Assembly: GCA_934513205.1 (NCBI GenBank)
Contig: CAKSWU010000010.1
Coordinates: 884-64,883, forward strand
Origin: an uncultured Faecalibacterium sp.
GTDB lineage: Bacteria; Bacillota; Clostridia; Oscillospirales; Ruminococcaceae
Direction of reading: 5' to 3'
DNA length: 64,000 nt
Of the stretch, positions 27,866 through 38,097 are shown piece after piece (the first letter of the stretch is position 1; each line of letters opens with the position of its first letter). Under the pieces are notes generated by a model. The model did no database searches, was not told where the DNA came from, and saw nothing but the letters and a program-made list of their open reading frames with translations. The position numbers and the translations under genes were made by a program.

Positions 27866-29593
27866 ATGAATACGCTGGTCATCGTATTGATCGCAGCCGT
27901 GTGTCTGTTTGGTGCCTACGCGCTTTACGGACGCTGGCTGGCAAACAAATGGGGCGTTGACGCCTCTGCCAAGACTCCCGCTGTCCTCCATGAGGATGGA
28001 CGCGATTTTGTTCCCACCGACGGCTGGACCGTGTTTGCACATCAGTTCAGCTCCATTGCCGGTGCAGGCCCCGTCACCGGTGCCATTCAGGCTGCTGCTT
28101 TCGGCTGGCTGCCGGTGCTGCTGTGGGTGCTGCTGGGCGGCATCTTCTTCGGTGCTGTTACCGACTTCGGCGCGCTGTACGCCTCCGTCAAAAACGATGG
28201 CAAGAGCATGGGCATGCTGATCGAAAAGTACATCGGCAAGACCGGACGCAAGCTGTTTTTGCTGTTCTGCTGGCTGTTCTGCGGCATTGTCATTGCCGCC
28301 TTCGCCGACATGGTAGCCGGCACCTTCAATGCCTACGGCGCTGACGGTGCGCTGGTGGAAGCAGCCCAGACCAATGGCGCTGCCGGCATGGTCTCCATCA
28401 TGTTCATGGTGTTCGCTGTGGTGTTTGGTCTGCTGCAGAAGAATCTGCACTTCACCGGCTGGAAAGAGAATGTTGTCAGCATCGTGTTCATCGTGCTGTC
28501 CTTTGTGGTCGGTGCAAACTTCCCCATCATTCTGGGCAAGGCTGCATGGAGCTACATCACCTTTGTGTATATTTTCTTCGCTGCTGTGCTGCCCATGTGG
28601 CTGCTCAAGCAGCCCCGTGACCACATGACCACCTTTATGTTCGTAGCAATGATCGTGGGTGCAGTTCTGGGTCTGATCGTCAACCATCCTGTGATGAATC
28701 TGCCGATGTTCACCGGCTTTACCAACGCCAAGCTGGGTACCATGTTCCCCATCCTGTTCGTTACCGTGGCCTGCGGTGCCGTTTCCGGCTTCCACAGCCT
28801 GGTTTCTTCCGGTACTTCCTCCAAGACTGTTTCCAATGAAAAGGATATGCTGAAGGTGGGCTACGGTGCCATGGTGCTGGAAAGCCTGCTGGCTGTCATT
28901 GCCCTGTGCGTTGCCGGTGCTGCCGCCGCTTCGGACGGCACCCCTGCCGACGGCACTCCGTTCCAGATCTTCAGCCGCGGCGTTGCCAGCTTCTTTGTGG
29001 GCTTCGGCCTTGACCAGCACTTTGCTGCGGTGTTTATGACCATGTGCGTTTCTGCACTGGCCCTGACCAGTCTGGATGCTGTGGCCCGCATCGGTCGTAT
29101 GAGTTTTCAGGAGCTGTTCAGCGTGGATGACATGGAGCACGCCGAAGGCTGGCGCAAGCTGCTGTGCAACGTGTACTTCTCCACCTTCCTGACTCTGGCC
29201 TTCGGCTTCCTGCTGACCAAGATCGGCTATGCCAACATCTGGCCCCTGTTCGGCTCTGCCAACCAGCTGCTGAGTGCTCTGGTGCTGGCGACCCTGTGTG
29301 TGTTCCTGAAGGTCACGGGCCGCAGCAACAAGATGATCTTCCCCCCGCTGGTCATTATGCTGTGCGTCACCTTCACCGCTCTGGTACAGCGTCTGGTCGC
29401 GATGGTCAAGGCCATCCGCAACGCCGCTGCGGTCACCATCCCTGCCGGTGAGACCACTTGGGGTGCCGTGTTCATCGCCAACGGCCTGCAGCTGATCCTT
29501 GCTGTGCTGCTGATCGTTCTGGGTGTGAACATTGTGTACCACTCCTTCAAGGCCTATAAAAACGCCGAGCACAACAGCGAGGCACGGGTCTGA
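27866..29593 (+). CDS. cstA: Carbon starvation protein A (CstA-family peptide/pyruvate transporter)
   Basis: 575 aa polytopic protein. MNTLVIVLIAAVCLFGAYALYGRWLANKWGVD.., HQFSSIAGAGPVTGAI.., GAVSGFHSLVSSGTSSK are hallmark CstA motifs. AAAGGAAAGAGGGA RBS. Confidence 0.95.
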   Translation: MNTLVIVLIAAVCLFGAYALYGRWLANKWGVDASAKTPAVLHEDGRDFVPTDGWTVFAHQFSSIAGAGPVTGAIQAAAFGWLPVLLWVLLGGIFFGAVTDFGALYASVKNDGKSMGMLIEKYIGKTGRKLFLLFCWLFCGIVIAAFADMVAGTFNAYGADGALVEAAQTNGAAGMVSIMFMVFAVVFGLLQKNLHFTGWKENVVSIVFIVLSFVVGANFPIILGKAAWSYITFVYIFFAAVLPMWLLKQPRDHMTTFMFVAMIVGAVLGLIVNHPVMNLPMFTGFTNAKLGTMFPILFVTVACGAVSGFHSLVSSGTSSKTVSNEKDMLKVGYGAMVLESLLAVIALCVAGAAAASDGTPADGTPFQIFSRGVASFFVGFGLDQHFAAVFMTMCVSALALTSLDAVARIGRMSFQELFSVDDMEHAEGWRKLLCNVYFSTFLTLAFGFLLTKIGYANIWPLFGSANQLLSALVLATLCVFLKVTGRSNKMIFPPLVIMLCVTFTALVQRLVAMVKAIRNAAAVTIPAGETTWGAVFIANGLQLILAVLLIVLGVNIVYHSFKAYKNAEHNSEARV

Positions 29594-29630
29594 TCCTCCT
29601 GCCCCTATTTTAGAATGATGCGATAAAGCA

Positions 29631-29669
29631 AACACCGCTGACGGAAAATTCCCGTTAGCGGTGTTTTTG
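29631..29669. terminator. Rho-independent terminator (bidirectional position)
   Basis: AACACCGCTGACGG-aaaattc-CCGTTAGCGGTGTTTTTGC lies between convergent cstA and the hydrolase gene. Confidence 0.8.
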
Positions 29670-29670
29670 C

Positions 29671-30363
29671 TCAGAGATTGGCCTGCTCCCAGCCTTGCAG
29701 CGCTGCCAGCTGGGTCGGCGTATGCAGCCAGTGTTCGCCCTCTTCCAGAATGGTCAGACGCGCCCCGCTGCCCCGCCGGAAGCGGTCCATTGCATCCCAG
29801 CCGGTCAGCGCATCCTGCGCGCCATACAGCACCTGTGTGGGAGCTTTCCAGCGCAGAGGATGCTCCCGCACCCAGCACAGATACGGCCACGACAGCGTCT
29901 CCCCCATTTTTGTGGGGATCTTCCCCGCCTGCTGCAGCTGCGTCTCGGTAACGTTTGCCTGCCGCATCATGCCGGTGATAAGGGCTTCCATGTCCACCAC
30001 CGGAGACACCAGCAGCGTTTTTTCCGGTCGTTGTTCCTGCAGTGCCTGCATAACAAGCCACCCGCCGATGCTGACACCGTACACCCGGACATGCTTCCAT
30101 ACCGGCAGCATCCGGGCGTAGACTGCCTGAAGCTCCGGGACAGCCACCCAAGGCAGAAGCTGTTTGGTGCTGCTTTTGCGTTCCCCATGCTGGGGCAGGT
30201 CCACAGCAAGAACCTGCCAGCCCTGTTCACAGGCAGTGCGGGCAAAGCGCTCTGCCTCCTCCTTACAGCCGTTTTTGCCGTGGACATAGAGGTAAGCGCA
30301 CCGGCTCCGTTCGCCGTACAGGACAGCTGGGATGCCGGCGATCCTCAGTTTCAGTTTTTTCAT
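29671..30363 (-). CDS. Alpha/beta-fold hydrolase
   Basis: ORF 29671..30495. ATG 30363 follows GGAAGGAGGAG. MKKLKLRIAGIPAVLYGERSRCAYLYVHGKNG.., nucleophile-elbow-like GVSIGG, and a C-terminal ..EGEHWLH. Confidence 0.8.
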   Translation of the reverse strand: MKKLKLRIAGIPAVLYGERSRCAYLYVHGKNGCKEEAERFARTACEQGWQVLAVDLPQHGERKSSTKQLLPWVAVPELQAVYARMLPVWKHVRVYGVSIGGWLVMQALQEQRPEKTLLVSPVVDMEALITGMMRQANVTETQLQQAGKIPTKMGETLSWPYLCWVREHPLRWKAPTQVLYGAQDALTGWDAMDRFRRGSGARLTILEEGEHWLHTPTQLAALQGWEQANL

Positions 30364-30515
30364 CCGCTCTCCTCCTTCCGTGTGGATGCACACGGCTGAT
30401 CTGGGAATCATGTTTTCTCTATGATAGCACACCCCGCAGCCAAATACAAACAAAAAGGAGCCGCAGCACCCTGTTACAGGTACTACGGCTCCCATTTTTG
30501 CTTCGGAAGCTTTGA

Positions 30516-31439
30516 TTACTTCACCATGCTTGCAACTTCAGCAGCGAAGTCGTCAGAACGCTTCTCCAGACCCTCGCCCTTGACAAAGCGGGCGAACTTG
30601 ACGATCTTGATCTCGCCGCCCAGATCCTTAGCGACCTTAGCGGTGTACTGAGCAACGGTCAGGTCGCCGTCCTTGACGAACTCCTGATCGACCAGGCAGT
30701 TCTCCTTGAAGAACTTCTTGATCTTGCCCTCGATCATCTTTTCCTTCACAGCCTCAGGCTTGTTAGCGGTCTTGGGATCCTGAGCCATCTGGGCCAGCAT
30801 GATCTCCTTCTCCTTCGCCACGACCTCAGCGGGGACGGAAGCCTCGTCCACGTAGCCGGGGTTCGCAGCAGCGACCTGCATAGCGATGTCCTTGCCGTAA
30901 GCAACGAACTCGTCCTTTGCGTCGATGCCGTTGGTGGTCTCGAAGTTGACCAGAATGCCGTGGGTGCCGCCGCCGTGGACGTATGCAGAGCAAACGCCCT
31001 CATAACGGGTGAAGCGGCGAACCTTGATGTTCTCCTTGATGACCAGGATCAGGTTCTTCAGAGCCTCGTCCACAGTCTCGCCAGCCTCGGTCTTGCATGC
31101 CATCAGAGCCTCAACGTCAGCGGGGTTCTGCTTCATAATGACCTTGGTAGCTTCCTTGACGAACTCAACGAACTTGTCGTTCTTAGCAACGAAGTCGGTC
31201 TCAGCGTTGACCTCGATGACAACGCCCACCTTGCAGGCGGGGCAGTAGTCAGCGTAGACCATGCCCTCAGCAGCAACGCGGCTTGCCTTCTTGGCGGCGG
31301 TAGCCAGACCACGCTCGCGCAGGATCTCGATTGCCTTCTCGAAGTTGCCGTCAGCCTCGGTCAGAGCCTTCTTGCACTCCATCATGCCGCAGTCGGTCTG
31401 CTTGCGCAGTTCCATAACGTCCTTTGCAGAAATAGCCAT
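30516..31439 (-). CDS. tsf: Translation elongation factor Ts
   Basis: 307 aa. [44 protein letters not shown] (UBA-like N-terminus). Confidence 0.97.
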   Translation of the reverse strand: MAISAKDVMELRKQTDCGMMECKKALTEADGNFEKAIEILRERGLATAAKKASRVAAEGMVYADYCPACKVGVVIEVNAETDFVAKNDKFVEFVKEATKVIMKQNPADVEALMACKTEAGETVDEALKNLILVIKENIKVRRFTRYEGVCSAYVHGGGTHGILVNFETTNGIDAKDEFVAYGKDIAMQVAAANPGYVDEASVPAEVVAKEKEIMLAQMAQDPKTANKPEAVKEKMIEGKIKKFFKENCLVDQEFVKDGDLTVAQYTAKVAKDLGGEIKIVKFARFVKGEGLEKRSDDFAAEVASMVK

Positions 31440-31493
31440 TTTTGTAGTCTCCCTTACACGTTATTTCACGGGTTTGTTCTGTACAGCCAAAAA

Positions 31494-32213
31494 TCAGGCG
31501 TTGGCAGCTTCCTCAGCGGGAGCCTCCTGGTTGCCCTGCTTGCCTTCCAGAACAGCGTCAGCCATAGCGCCAGCGATCAGCTTGACAGCGCGGATAGCGT
31601 CGTCGTTGCCGGGGATGACGTAATCGATCTCGTCGGGGTTGCAGTTGGTATCAACGATAGCCACGATGGGGATGTTCAGCTTGCGGGCCTCAGCAACAGC
31701 GATGCGCTCCTTGTGAGGATCGACGATGAACATAGCCTTCGGCAGGGTCTTCATGTTCTTGACGCCGCCCAGGTACTTGTCCAGCTTCTCCATCTCCAGC
31801 TCCAGCTTAGCCACTTCCTTCTTGGGCAGCAGCTCGAAGGTGCCGTTCTCCTTCATCTTAGCCAGCTGATCCATGCGGTCGATGCGCTTACGGATGGTGC
31901 GGAAGTTGGTCATCATGCCGCCCAGCCAGCGAGCGTTGACATAGTGCATGCCGCAGCGCAGAGCCTCGTCACGGATGGACTCCTGAGCCTGCTTCTTGGT
32001 GCCAACGAACAGGATGTCGCCGCCCTCAGCTGCAACTTCCTTCACGTAGTTGTAAGCCTCGTCCAGCTTCTTCACGGTCTTCTGCAGGTCAATGATATAG
32101 ATACCATTGCGCTCGGTGAAGATGTACTTAGCCATCTTGGGGTTCCAGCGGCGGGTCTGGTGACCGAAGTGCACACCTGCCTCGAGAAGCTGCTTCATAG
32201 AAACGACTGCCAT
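31494..32213 (-). CDS. rpsB: 30S ribosomal protein S2
   Basis: ORF 31494..32471 is over-extended. ATG 32213 ([27 protein letters not shown]) follows GGAGG. Confidence 0.97.
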   Translation of the reverse strand: MAVVSMKQLLEAGVHFGHQTRRWNPKMAKYIFTERNGIYIIDLQKTVKKLDEAYNYVKEVAAEGGDILFVGTKKQAQESIRDEALRCGMHYVNARWLGGMMTNFRTIRKRIDRMDQLAKMKENGTFELLPKKEVAKLELEMEKLDKYLGGVKNMKTLPKAMFIVDPHKERIAVAEARKLNIPIVAIVDTNCNPDEIDYVIPGNDDAIRAVKLIAGAMADAVLEGKQGNQEAPAEEAANA

Positions 32214-32415
32214 AATAAAATACCTCCAGATATTGTTTTGCCTCCGCACACCGTGATCCCGGGGCCGTATCGGACGGTCCGGAACTGCCCTCCACCTCAA
32301 AAAGGCACAAAAGGGCATAGTGATGCGTGTGTAATGCTTTGTTATAGTACCACAAAAAGAATGCGGTTGCAAGAGTTTTTCTCTGTTTTTTACAAAGAAA
32401 ATCGTTATTTTTCTC

Positions 32416-34353
32416 TTATTTGCCCTCCGAAGGCGCGCTGAAGGCTGCCAGCCCCATGCGGTCAAGGGCATATTCCCTGCCGAACATCAGGTCGTACTGC
32501 AGCAGCCAGTGCTCCTGATTCCATTGTTGCTGCAGCGGGGACGGCTCCAGCGTGGTGCTGCCGTCTTTCTGCATCACCACGCCGCGGGTATAGGCGCGGT
32601 CCGCCACCTGCAGCTGACGGTTCAGGAACTGGAAGTACAGCGGCTGCTTCAGTCCAAAGAGTTCCATCATCACCGGCGAGATGTCGTAGGCGGCAATGGT
32701 GCCAAGGTCCACCTGCTGCTGGCTGTAATTGGACCACATCAGCAGCGTGGTCTGGTGCAACCGCGGGTCTGCGCTGGAATCGCCTGCGTATCCGGTAGCG
32801 GTGTAGACGTCATAGTTAGAGTCGATGGGGTTATAGTGATCGCCCCAGAACACCAGAATGACCGGCTCGTCCACTTGCGAGAAATAGGCCGTCAGCCTGC
32901 CCAGCATGGCGTCCGCATCCCGGATGCCGGTAGCAAAATCTTCCAGCGCGCCCACGGTGCTGCTCTTGAGCCCCACCGGGTGGGATACGACGTGCACCCG
33001 CTCGTCGTCCGGGTAGTTGTCCCTGTTATAATTGGTATGGTTCTGCATGGTGACGGCATGCAGGAAGATGGGCTTGTCCGAAGAAGCGCTCATCGTCTCA
33101 TACTGCCGGATGATCTGGTCTGCCATGGAATCATCCGTCACAAGGCCGCTGGTCCAGTAGTGTTTCCGCACCTTTGTCACGCCATGCATATCCTCCAGAC
33201 TGATAAAGTCATCAAACCCGAGGTTGGGGTACGCGGTGTCCCGGCTCCAGTATTTTGCCCAGAAACAGTGCACCGCTGCGGTCTGATAGCCCTGACTTTT
33301 CAGGTAGTTGGGCATCGCGAACATGGGATGCGTCACATGCTGCTGATAGGGCTTGCTGCCGCTGGGCAGAAAGGACACCGAATAGCCGGTCAGCGCCTCA
33401 AACTCCACATCGCAGGTTCCGCCGCCAAAGCTGGGACTGTAAGCCCTGCCATAGGCGCTGGTCTGCTGCAGCGCGTGCAGATTTGCCGAGACATCGGTAT
33501 CAAAGGTAATGCCGTACTGTTCCAGTTCCGAAACGTCCCAGTAGGACTCATCCATCACATAAATGATGGTGGGCTTTTTCACACGCTCGGGCTCCGGAGT
33601 GACGGCTCTGTAACTGGAAGCGTACAGCGGACCGGCGCGGAACTTCTTGTTCGTATCCACCCGGTCCAGCAGCTCGTTCACCGTTTCCTCCGAGTAGTTC
33701 TCCGGTTTGTCGATCTCCAGATTACTAAGGTTCGACAAAAAACCGGTGATGACGCCGTAGTAACGGTAGTAGCGGTCCTGCATCCACGCATCCGGAACGA
33801 CGCCCATAGTCTGCATGACGGCAGGCTGCAGATACACGCCAAAGATCAGCAGGCACACCGCTGCTGCCGTGGCAGCACTGCCCGCAAGCCTTGGCAGCCA
33901 GCGCTGCTTCAGGCGTCCCCGATACAGCCGGAAGCTGACCACTGCCAGCGCCAGCACCACAAAAATGGTCACGACCATGCTGGTCTGGATTTTAAGACCC
34001 GCAGCCGAAGCCACCCCCGCCGCCTCGGACACCTGTGCAAGGTCCCACGGCAGGAACGGCTCACCCCGCAGCTGCAGGGTGTAAAAATTCACTGCGCAGG
34101 GCGCACAGCCCAGCACCGCCATGACCACCGTGGACAGCGGCGGCAGCCGGAACAGCCAGTCCAGCAGCGTCCAGACAAGAAACAGCAGCAGCCACGCCAG
34201 AAGATACGCGCCGATGTTCGGAAAAATAAAGTTTGCAAATACGTCCGGTCCAAGCGTTCCCCGGGCGATCCATTCGCCCAGCAAAAGCACGATCAGCGAT
34301 GCTGCCAGCGGAAAGATCATCCGCAGTGCCAGAAGCGGTTTTGGAGTTTTCAT
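32416..34353 (-). CDS. LTA synthase-family (sulfatase/alkaline-phosphatase superfamily) membrane protein
   Basis: ORF 32416..34362. Five N-terminal TM helices and an extracellular sulfatase domain ([11 protein letters not shown].., [14 protein letters not shown].., FWGDHYN). The second ATG, 34353 (MKTPKPLL), has better RBS spacing. Confidence 0.85.
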   Translation of the reverse strand: MKTPKPLLALRMIFPLAASLIVLLLGEWIARGTLGPDVFANFIFPNIGAYLLAWLLLFLVWTLLDWLFRLPPLSTVVMAVLGCAPCAVNFYTLQLRGEPFLPWDLAQVSEAAGVASAAGLKIQTSMVVTIFVVLALAVVSFRLYRGRLKQRWLPRLAGSAATAAAVCLLIFGVYLQPAVMQTMGVVPDAWMQDRYYRYYGVITGFLSNLSNLEIDKPENYSEETVNELLDRVDTNKKFRAGPLYASSYRAVTPEPERVKKPTIIYVMDESYWDVSELEQYGITFDTDVSANLHALQQTSAYGRAYSPSFGGGTCDVEFEALTGYSVSFLPSGSKPYQQHVTHPMFAMPNYLKSQGYQTAAVHCFWAKYWSRDTAYPNLGFDDFISLEDMHGVTKVRKHYWTSGLVTDDSMADQIIRQYETMSASSDKPIFLHAVTMQNHTNYNRDNYPDDERVHVVSHPVGLKSSTVGALEDFATGIRDADAMLGRLTAYFSQVDEPVILVFWGDHYNPIDSNYDVYTATGYAGDSSADPRLHQTTLLMWSNYSQQQVDLGTIAAYDISPVMMELFGLKQPLYFQFLNRQLQVADRAYTRGVVMQKDGSTTLEPSPLQQQWNQEHWLLQYDLMFGREYALDRMGLAAFSAPSEGK

Positions 34354-34508
34354 CGTTCCCATTCCTTTCAGGTCCTGAACCTTTTACACCCGTTCCTCTG
34401 TGTCTTTTGCACAAAGCTCCTGCGATTATTATAGTCACTTCGCCAAAAATGTCTATCCATGATTTTACAAAAATTCTTGTTTGTTTTTTCAAAATATTCC
34501 CCTATTTT

Positions 34509-34802
34509 TCACAGACCCAGCTTTGCCCGCAGCTTCTGCCAAAAGCCGTGGGGTGCAGCGGGTGCTTCCGGCACGGTCGTGTGCACAAGAACAGCGTCCG
34601 TGCCGATGGTCTCGATCTCCTCCCACGGGATGAGCAGGCTCTCGTCCCGGCCCAGCAGCCCGAAAAAACGGGGCCGCCCCAGCAGGATCAGGTTTTGCAG
34701 CCGCACAGTAGCCGGGTCAAAGGTCACATCGTCTGCCCGCCCAAGACAGACGCCCTTTTCCACCTGCACGATCTCTTTTTCACACAGCTCCCGGATGGTC
34801 AC
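34509..34802 (-). CDS. ylmC: YlmC/YmxH-family PRC-barrel sporulation protein
   Basis: ORF 34509..34844. GTG 34802 follows AAAGGGGAGAG. (M)TIRELCEKEIVQVEKGVCLGRADDVTFDPAT..IPWEEIETIGTDAVLV matches the family N-terminus. Confidence 0.75.
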   Translation of the reverse strand: MTIRELCEKEIVQVEKGVCLGRADDVTFDPATVRLQNLILLGRPRFFGLLGRDESLLIPWEEIETIGTDAVLVHTTVPEAPAAPHGFWQKLRAKLGL

Positions 34803-34938
34803 AGCGCTCTCCCCTTTCTGCCACAGCATACGCCGGGCAGGCATTTTCTATACCAAAGGGGTGGAAAGCAGCTGCCCGGTTGTGGTATACTATGGAAAAT
34901 ATCGGAGAAAAACATCCAACACAAGCGAGGCAGCAGTT

Positions 34939-35553
34939 ATGTATAAAAGCATCATTTTTGATATCGGCGGCGTGATGGTAGATTTTGATCCAAAGCTTTA
35001 TCTGGTGGATCGTCTTTGCAGCGCTGAAATGGAAGATAAAGTATACGCCCTGACCTTTGGCAGCGAAGAATGGCAGAAGCTGGACGCCGGGCTGCTGTCC
35101 CGCTTTGAGGGCAACAGCGCCATGCTGCGAAACGCCCGGGCCGCCGGGTGCGAGTTTGAGGTGCAGGGTGTGCTGGACGACTGGACCCACATCCTGCGCC
35201 CCCGTCACCGGATGATCGAGCTGGTGCGCCGCCTGAAAAACCACGGTTACCGGGTCTATTACCTCAGCAACATCCCCGCCGATGTGCTGGAGCTGCTGAC
35301 TCAAAAGGGCGTGCTGGAGCATTTTGACGGCGGTGTGGCCTCCTGCGAGGTGAACATCAACAAGCCCGACCCCCGCATCTATCAGGCACTGCTGGATAAA
35401 TACCGGCTGAAGGCCGATGAGTGTGTGTTCATCGACGACAGTCTGGTCAATGTGCAGGCCGCCTTTTCTCTGGGCTTTGCCGGCATCCAGATGAAGGAGA
35501 ACGTGGGCACACTGGTGCGCAGCCTTGCCACCTGCAACGTATCTCTGCGCTGA
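34939..35553 (+). CDS. HAD-IA family hydrolase
   Basis: The ORF track has an over-extended frame, 34459..35553. ATG 34939 gives MYKSIIFDIGGVMVDFD (motif I), ..LSN.. and ..FIDDSLVNVQAA (motif IV). Confidence 0.85.
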   Translation: MYKSIIFDIGGVMVDFDPKLYLVDRLCSAEMEDKVYALTFGSEEWQKLDAGLLSRFEGNSAMLRNARAAGCEFEVQGVLDDWTHILRPRHRMIELVRRLKNHGYRVYYLSNIPADVLELLTQKGVLEHFDGGVASCEVNINKPDPRIYQALLDKYRLKADECVFIDDSLVNVQAAFSLGFAGIQMKENVGTLVRSLATCNVSLR

Positions 35554-35560
35554 ACCAAAC

Positions 35561-35608
35561 ACACAGCAGCCCCCGCCGGGGATAGGACCCGACGGGGGCT
35601 GCTGTGTT
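35561..35608. terminator. Long GC-rich hairpin between convergent genes (probable bidirectional terminator)
   Basis: ACACAGCAGCCCCCG...CGGGGGCTGCTGTGT (about a 14 bp stem). The U-tracts are weak on both sides. Confidence 0.55.
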
Positions 35609-35610
35609 GT

Positions 35611-35775
35611 TCAGAGCGCTCTTTCCTCGTAGCTCTGGCAGTAATGGGGAGTTTCAACCTGCTGTGTGGTGCAGCTGCACTGCTCGGTCACCTTGATCTG
35701 GGGCAGATTGCATTTGCAGCCGCCAACATTGTGGCTGCACTGGCAGACATCACAGGTCACGCCGATGTTTTCCAT
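35611..35775 (-). CDS. DUF1540-family small Cys-rich protein (54 aa), absent from the ORF track
   Basis: Manual translation: MENIGVTCDVCQCSHNVGGCKCNLPQIKVTEQCSCTTQQVETPHYCQSYEERAL. AGAGGTGA sits 5-6 nt upstream of the ATG at 35775. The Cys pattern is typical of DUF1540. Confidence 0.7.
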   Translation of the reverse strand: MENIGVTCDVCQCSHNVGGCKCNLPQIKVTEQCSCTTQQVETPHYCQSYEERAL

Positions 35776-35976
35776 ATTTATCACCTCTGACCACAGTATG
35801 TCCCGGGTGCAGCGATTTTATGCAGGATCATTTTTTCCGCATTGTTTTGTGCGCAGCTGCATCGCTGCGCGGCGCACCGCACGCCGCAGAAATGCAAAGA
35901 CGATCGTGATCCCCATCGCCGCAGCGATCTCCATTCAGCTCACCCTTCCTGCAAAACATCCCATGCGGAGCCGGTC

Positions 35977-36399
35977 TTACCACTTCGCCAGCTCTTCGCC
36001 CAGCTTACGGCAGGCAGCCTGCACATCCTCGTCCGGAGCCTCGTTGCAGATCAGGCCCTCGCCGTTCAGCACCTGTGCGCCATCGTCCTGTGCACGCTCG
36101 GTCCAGTCCCGCATCCACTGTCCGTCCCCCCAGCCGTAGGAGCCGAACAGAGCAATCTTCTTACCGTTCAGCGAGCCTTCCAGCGACTCGAACATCGGCT
36201 CGAACTCGCTCTCCTCCAGCTGTTCGGCCCCCATTGCCGGGCAGCCAAAAGCAACTGCATCAAACTCAGCCATCTTTGCGGCATCCATCTCGCTGCAGGG
36301 GATGATGGTGGCGTTGGCACCTGCGCCCTCTGCGATGCAGTTTGCCATGGTCTCGGTGTTGCCAGTTGCGCTCCAGAATACGACTGCGACCTTGTTCAT
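35977..36399 (-). CDS. Short-chain flavodoxin
   Basis: 140 aa. MNKVAVVFWSATGNTETMA (FMN phosphate loop) and ..FGSYGWGDG... Confidence 0.92.
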   Translation of the reverse strand: MNKVAVVFWSATGNTETMANCIAEGAGANATIIPCSEMDAAKMAEFDAVAFGCPAMGAEQLEESEFEPMFESLEGSLNGKKIALFGSYGWGDGQWMRDWTERAQDDGAQVLNGEGLICNEAPDEDVQAACRKLGEELAKW

Positions 36400-36446
36400 A
36401 AGAATATCCCTCTTTCATGTAGTTTGTTGTGACTAACATTATATCC

Positions 36447-36478
36447 CAGAAAAATGCGTCCGCTGCGTGGGACGCATC
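36447..36478 (-). terminator. Rho-independent terminator of the DUF1624 gene
   Basis: Minus strand reads ATGCGTCC-cacgcagc-GGACGCAT followed by TTTTTCT. Confidence 0.7.
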
Positions 36479-36549
36479 TTCTTTGTGGTTAGTTTATTCT
36501 AACCACTTATAGGATACCACCGCTTCGTCCGGCTGTCAAGGTTTTTCCC

Positions 36550-37311
36550 TCACAAAATACGGAACAGCAGATACAGCGTCCCATAAAGCACCGGCTGATG
36601 CAGCAGATAGATCACCAGCGAGTGTCGGCCCAGCCAGCCCAGCGGCGCACAGACCGACCGGCGCAGCGGCTCCATGCGGGCCCGCCCCATGCAGAAATGC
36701 AAGAAGTACCCTGCCCAGAACAAAAACAGCCAGGGCAGCAGCGGAAAGTAATCCGTGGAGAAGAAGCCCTCCGGGTAAAAGCCAAAAAAGGCTGTGAAGT
36801 AGTTTGCATACAGGCCCCGTGGCAGCAAAAGATTCCAGCTGCCAATGCCCACCCAGCCGGAGGAAACCGGATAGCACAGTGCAAACAGCACCACCGAAAC
36901 CGCAAGCCCTGCCGCAGGCGGCACCTTTTGCAGCAGCGGTTCCAGCACGCCGGTCAGCAGCATAGCCGTACCCAAAAAGGTCAGCACGCCAAAAATGACC
37001 CGATTCTCCGGCATGAACAGCAGCGTGACCGCCGTGACCAGCACCCCCGCCCCGGAAACGATCAGCCCGCGCCGCAGCGGGCGATGCCCCAGCGGCAGGC
37101 AGAAACCGGACAGCAAAATGAACACCCAGCAGATACTCTGCTGCCACAGCCAGCCCGGCCAGCTTGTGTAGCATCCGGCGGGCACCCCGAACAGAAAGAT
37201 CAGGTCCCAGCAGGCGTGATATCCGATCATGCTGAGCAGGTTCAGCCCGCGCAGTTCGTCCAGCAGTGCATAGCGGCCCGCCGGGTGCTTTTGCGGGGAA
37301 GTCATTTCCAT
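36550..37311 (-). CDS. DUF1624 (heparan-alpha-glucosaminide N-acetyltransferase-like) membrane protein
   Basis: 253 aa polytopic protein. ..RYALLDELRGLNLLSMIGYHACWDL.. is the family N-terminal signature. Confidence 0.8.
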   Translation of the reverse strand: MEMTSPQKHPAGRYALLDELRGLNLLSMIGYHACWDLIFLFGVPAGCYTSWPGWLWQQSICWVFILLSGFCLPLGHRPLRRGLIVSGAGVLVTAVTLLFMPENRVIFGVLTFLGTAMLLTGVLEPLLQKVPPAAGLAVSVVLFALCYPVSSGWVGIGSWNLLLPRGLYANYFTAFFGFYPEGFFSTDYFPLLPWLFLFWAGYFLHFCMGRARMEPLRRSVCAPLGWLGRHSLVIYLLHQPVLYGTLYLLFRIL

Positions 37312-37402
37312 ATTCTCATCCCCTTTTGCAGTTTGTCATAATATAGTATTATAAACCGGGGCGGCGGTGCCTGTCAATCAAATCACATTGTGGATTGAAT
37401 AT

Positions 37403-37439
37403 GCAAAAACCGCTGCACAGCGGCAAAGCCATGCAGCGG
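37403..37439 (-). terminator. Rho-independent terminator of the rubrerythrin gene
   Basis: Minus strand reads CCGCTGCA-..-TGCAGCGG followed by TTTTTG. Confidence 0.65.
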
Positions 37440-37465
37440 TCAGATGAATAACTGAGGAGACCCTA

Positions 37466-38017
37466 TCAGACTTCGGTGTTGAAGTAGCGCTTCAGCAGGC
37501 CCTCGAAGCCACGGCCGTGACGTGCCTCATCCTTGGCCATCTCATGGACGGTGTCATGGATGGCATCCAGGTTCAGGGCCTTTGCCTTCTTGGCCAGGTC
37601 CATCTTGCCGGAGCAGGCACCGCACTCGGCCTCGGCACGCATCATCAGGTTCTTCTTGGTGCTGTCGGTGACCACCTCGCCCAGCAGCTCGGCAAAGCGA
37701 GATGCATGGTCTGCTTCCTCGTAGGCATAGCGCTTGTAAGCCTCGGCGATCTCGGGGTAGCCCTCACGCTCTGCCACACGAGCCATTGCCAGATACATGC
37801 CGACCTCGCTGCACTCACCCTCAAAGTTTGCGCGCAGGCCGTCCACGATCTCCTGAGGCACGCCCTCTGCCTTGCCAATGCCCACAACGTGCTCGGTGAC
37901 ATAGGTGTTGCCCTTCTTTTCCACAAATGCGGAGGCCGGAGCCTTGCAGACGGGGCACTGAGCAGGGATCTCACCCTCAGCAATATAACCACAAACGGTG
38001 CAAACATACTTCTTCAT
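37466..38017 (-). CDS. Reverse rubrerythrin (N-terminal rubredoxin-like domain plus C-terminal ferritin-like di-iron domain)
   Basis: ORF 37466..38035. ATG 38017 follows GGAGG. CTVCGY..CPVC is followed by EGECSE.., YEEADH.., EAECGA.., DEARH (di-iron ligand helices). Confidence 0.92.
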   Translation of the reverse strand: MKKYVCTVCGYIAEGEIPAQCPVCKAPASAFVEKKGNTYVTEHVVGIGKAEGVPQEIVDGLRANFEGECSEVGMYLAMARVAEREGYPEIAEAYKRYAYEEADHASRFAELLGEVVTDSTKKNLMMRAEAECGACSGKMDLAKKAKALNLDAIHDTVHEMAKDEARHGRGFEGLLKRYFNTEV

Positions 38018-38097
38018 AAGAATAACCTCCATCATTCTTTGATTTCAAAATTGGGGAGCGGGTGGTGTTGGTACTCACCAACCGTTCTCATGGCTCT

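Noticed and set aside
27567-27960. Plus-strand ORFs of 75-106 aa inside the cstA leader
   Set aside because: They overlap the conserved T-box structural elements and lack RBSs. The region is better explained as a riboswitch.
27617-30151. 844-aa minus-strand ORF spanning the cstA leader, cstA and part of the hydrolase gene
   Set aside because: It is antisense to a textbook CstA sequence. Its translation is low-complexity (G/A/R/H/Q-rich) with no recognisable domain or RBS, which is typical of a high-GC shadow ORF.
32214-32471. 86-codon N-terminal extension of the rpsB ORF. Similar extensions affect uvrB, lon, the ABC-F gene, yicC, the alpha/beta hydrolase, ylbJ, the lysA-like gene and the HAD gene at 34459
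   Set aside because: The canonical family N-termini start at internal ATG or GTG codons that carry proper GGAGG-type RBSs. The extensions cover promoter and leader sequence.
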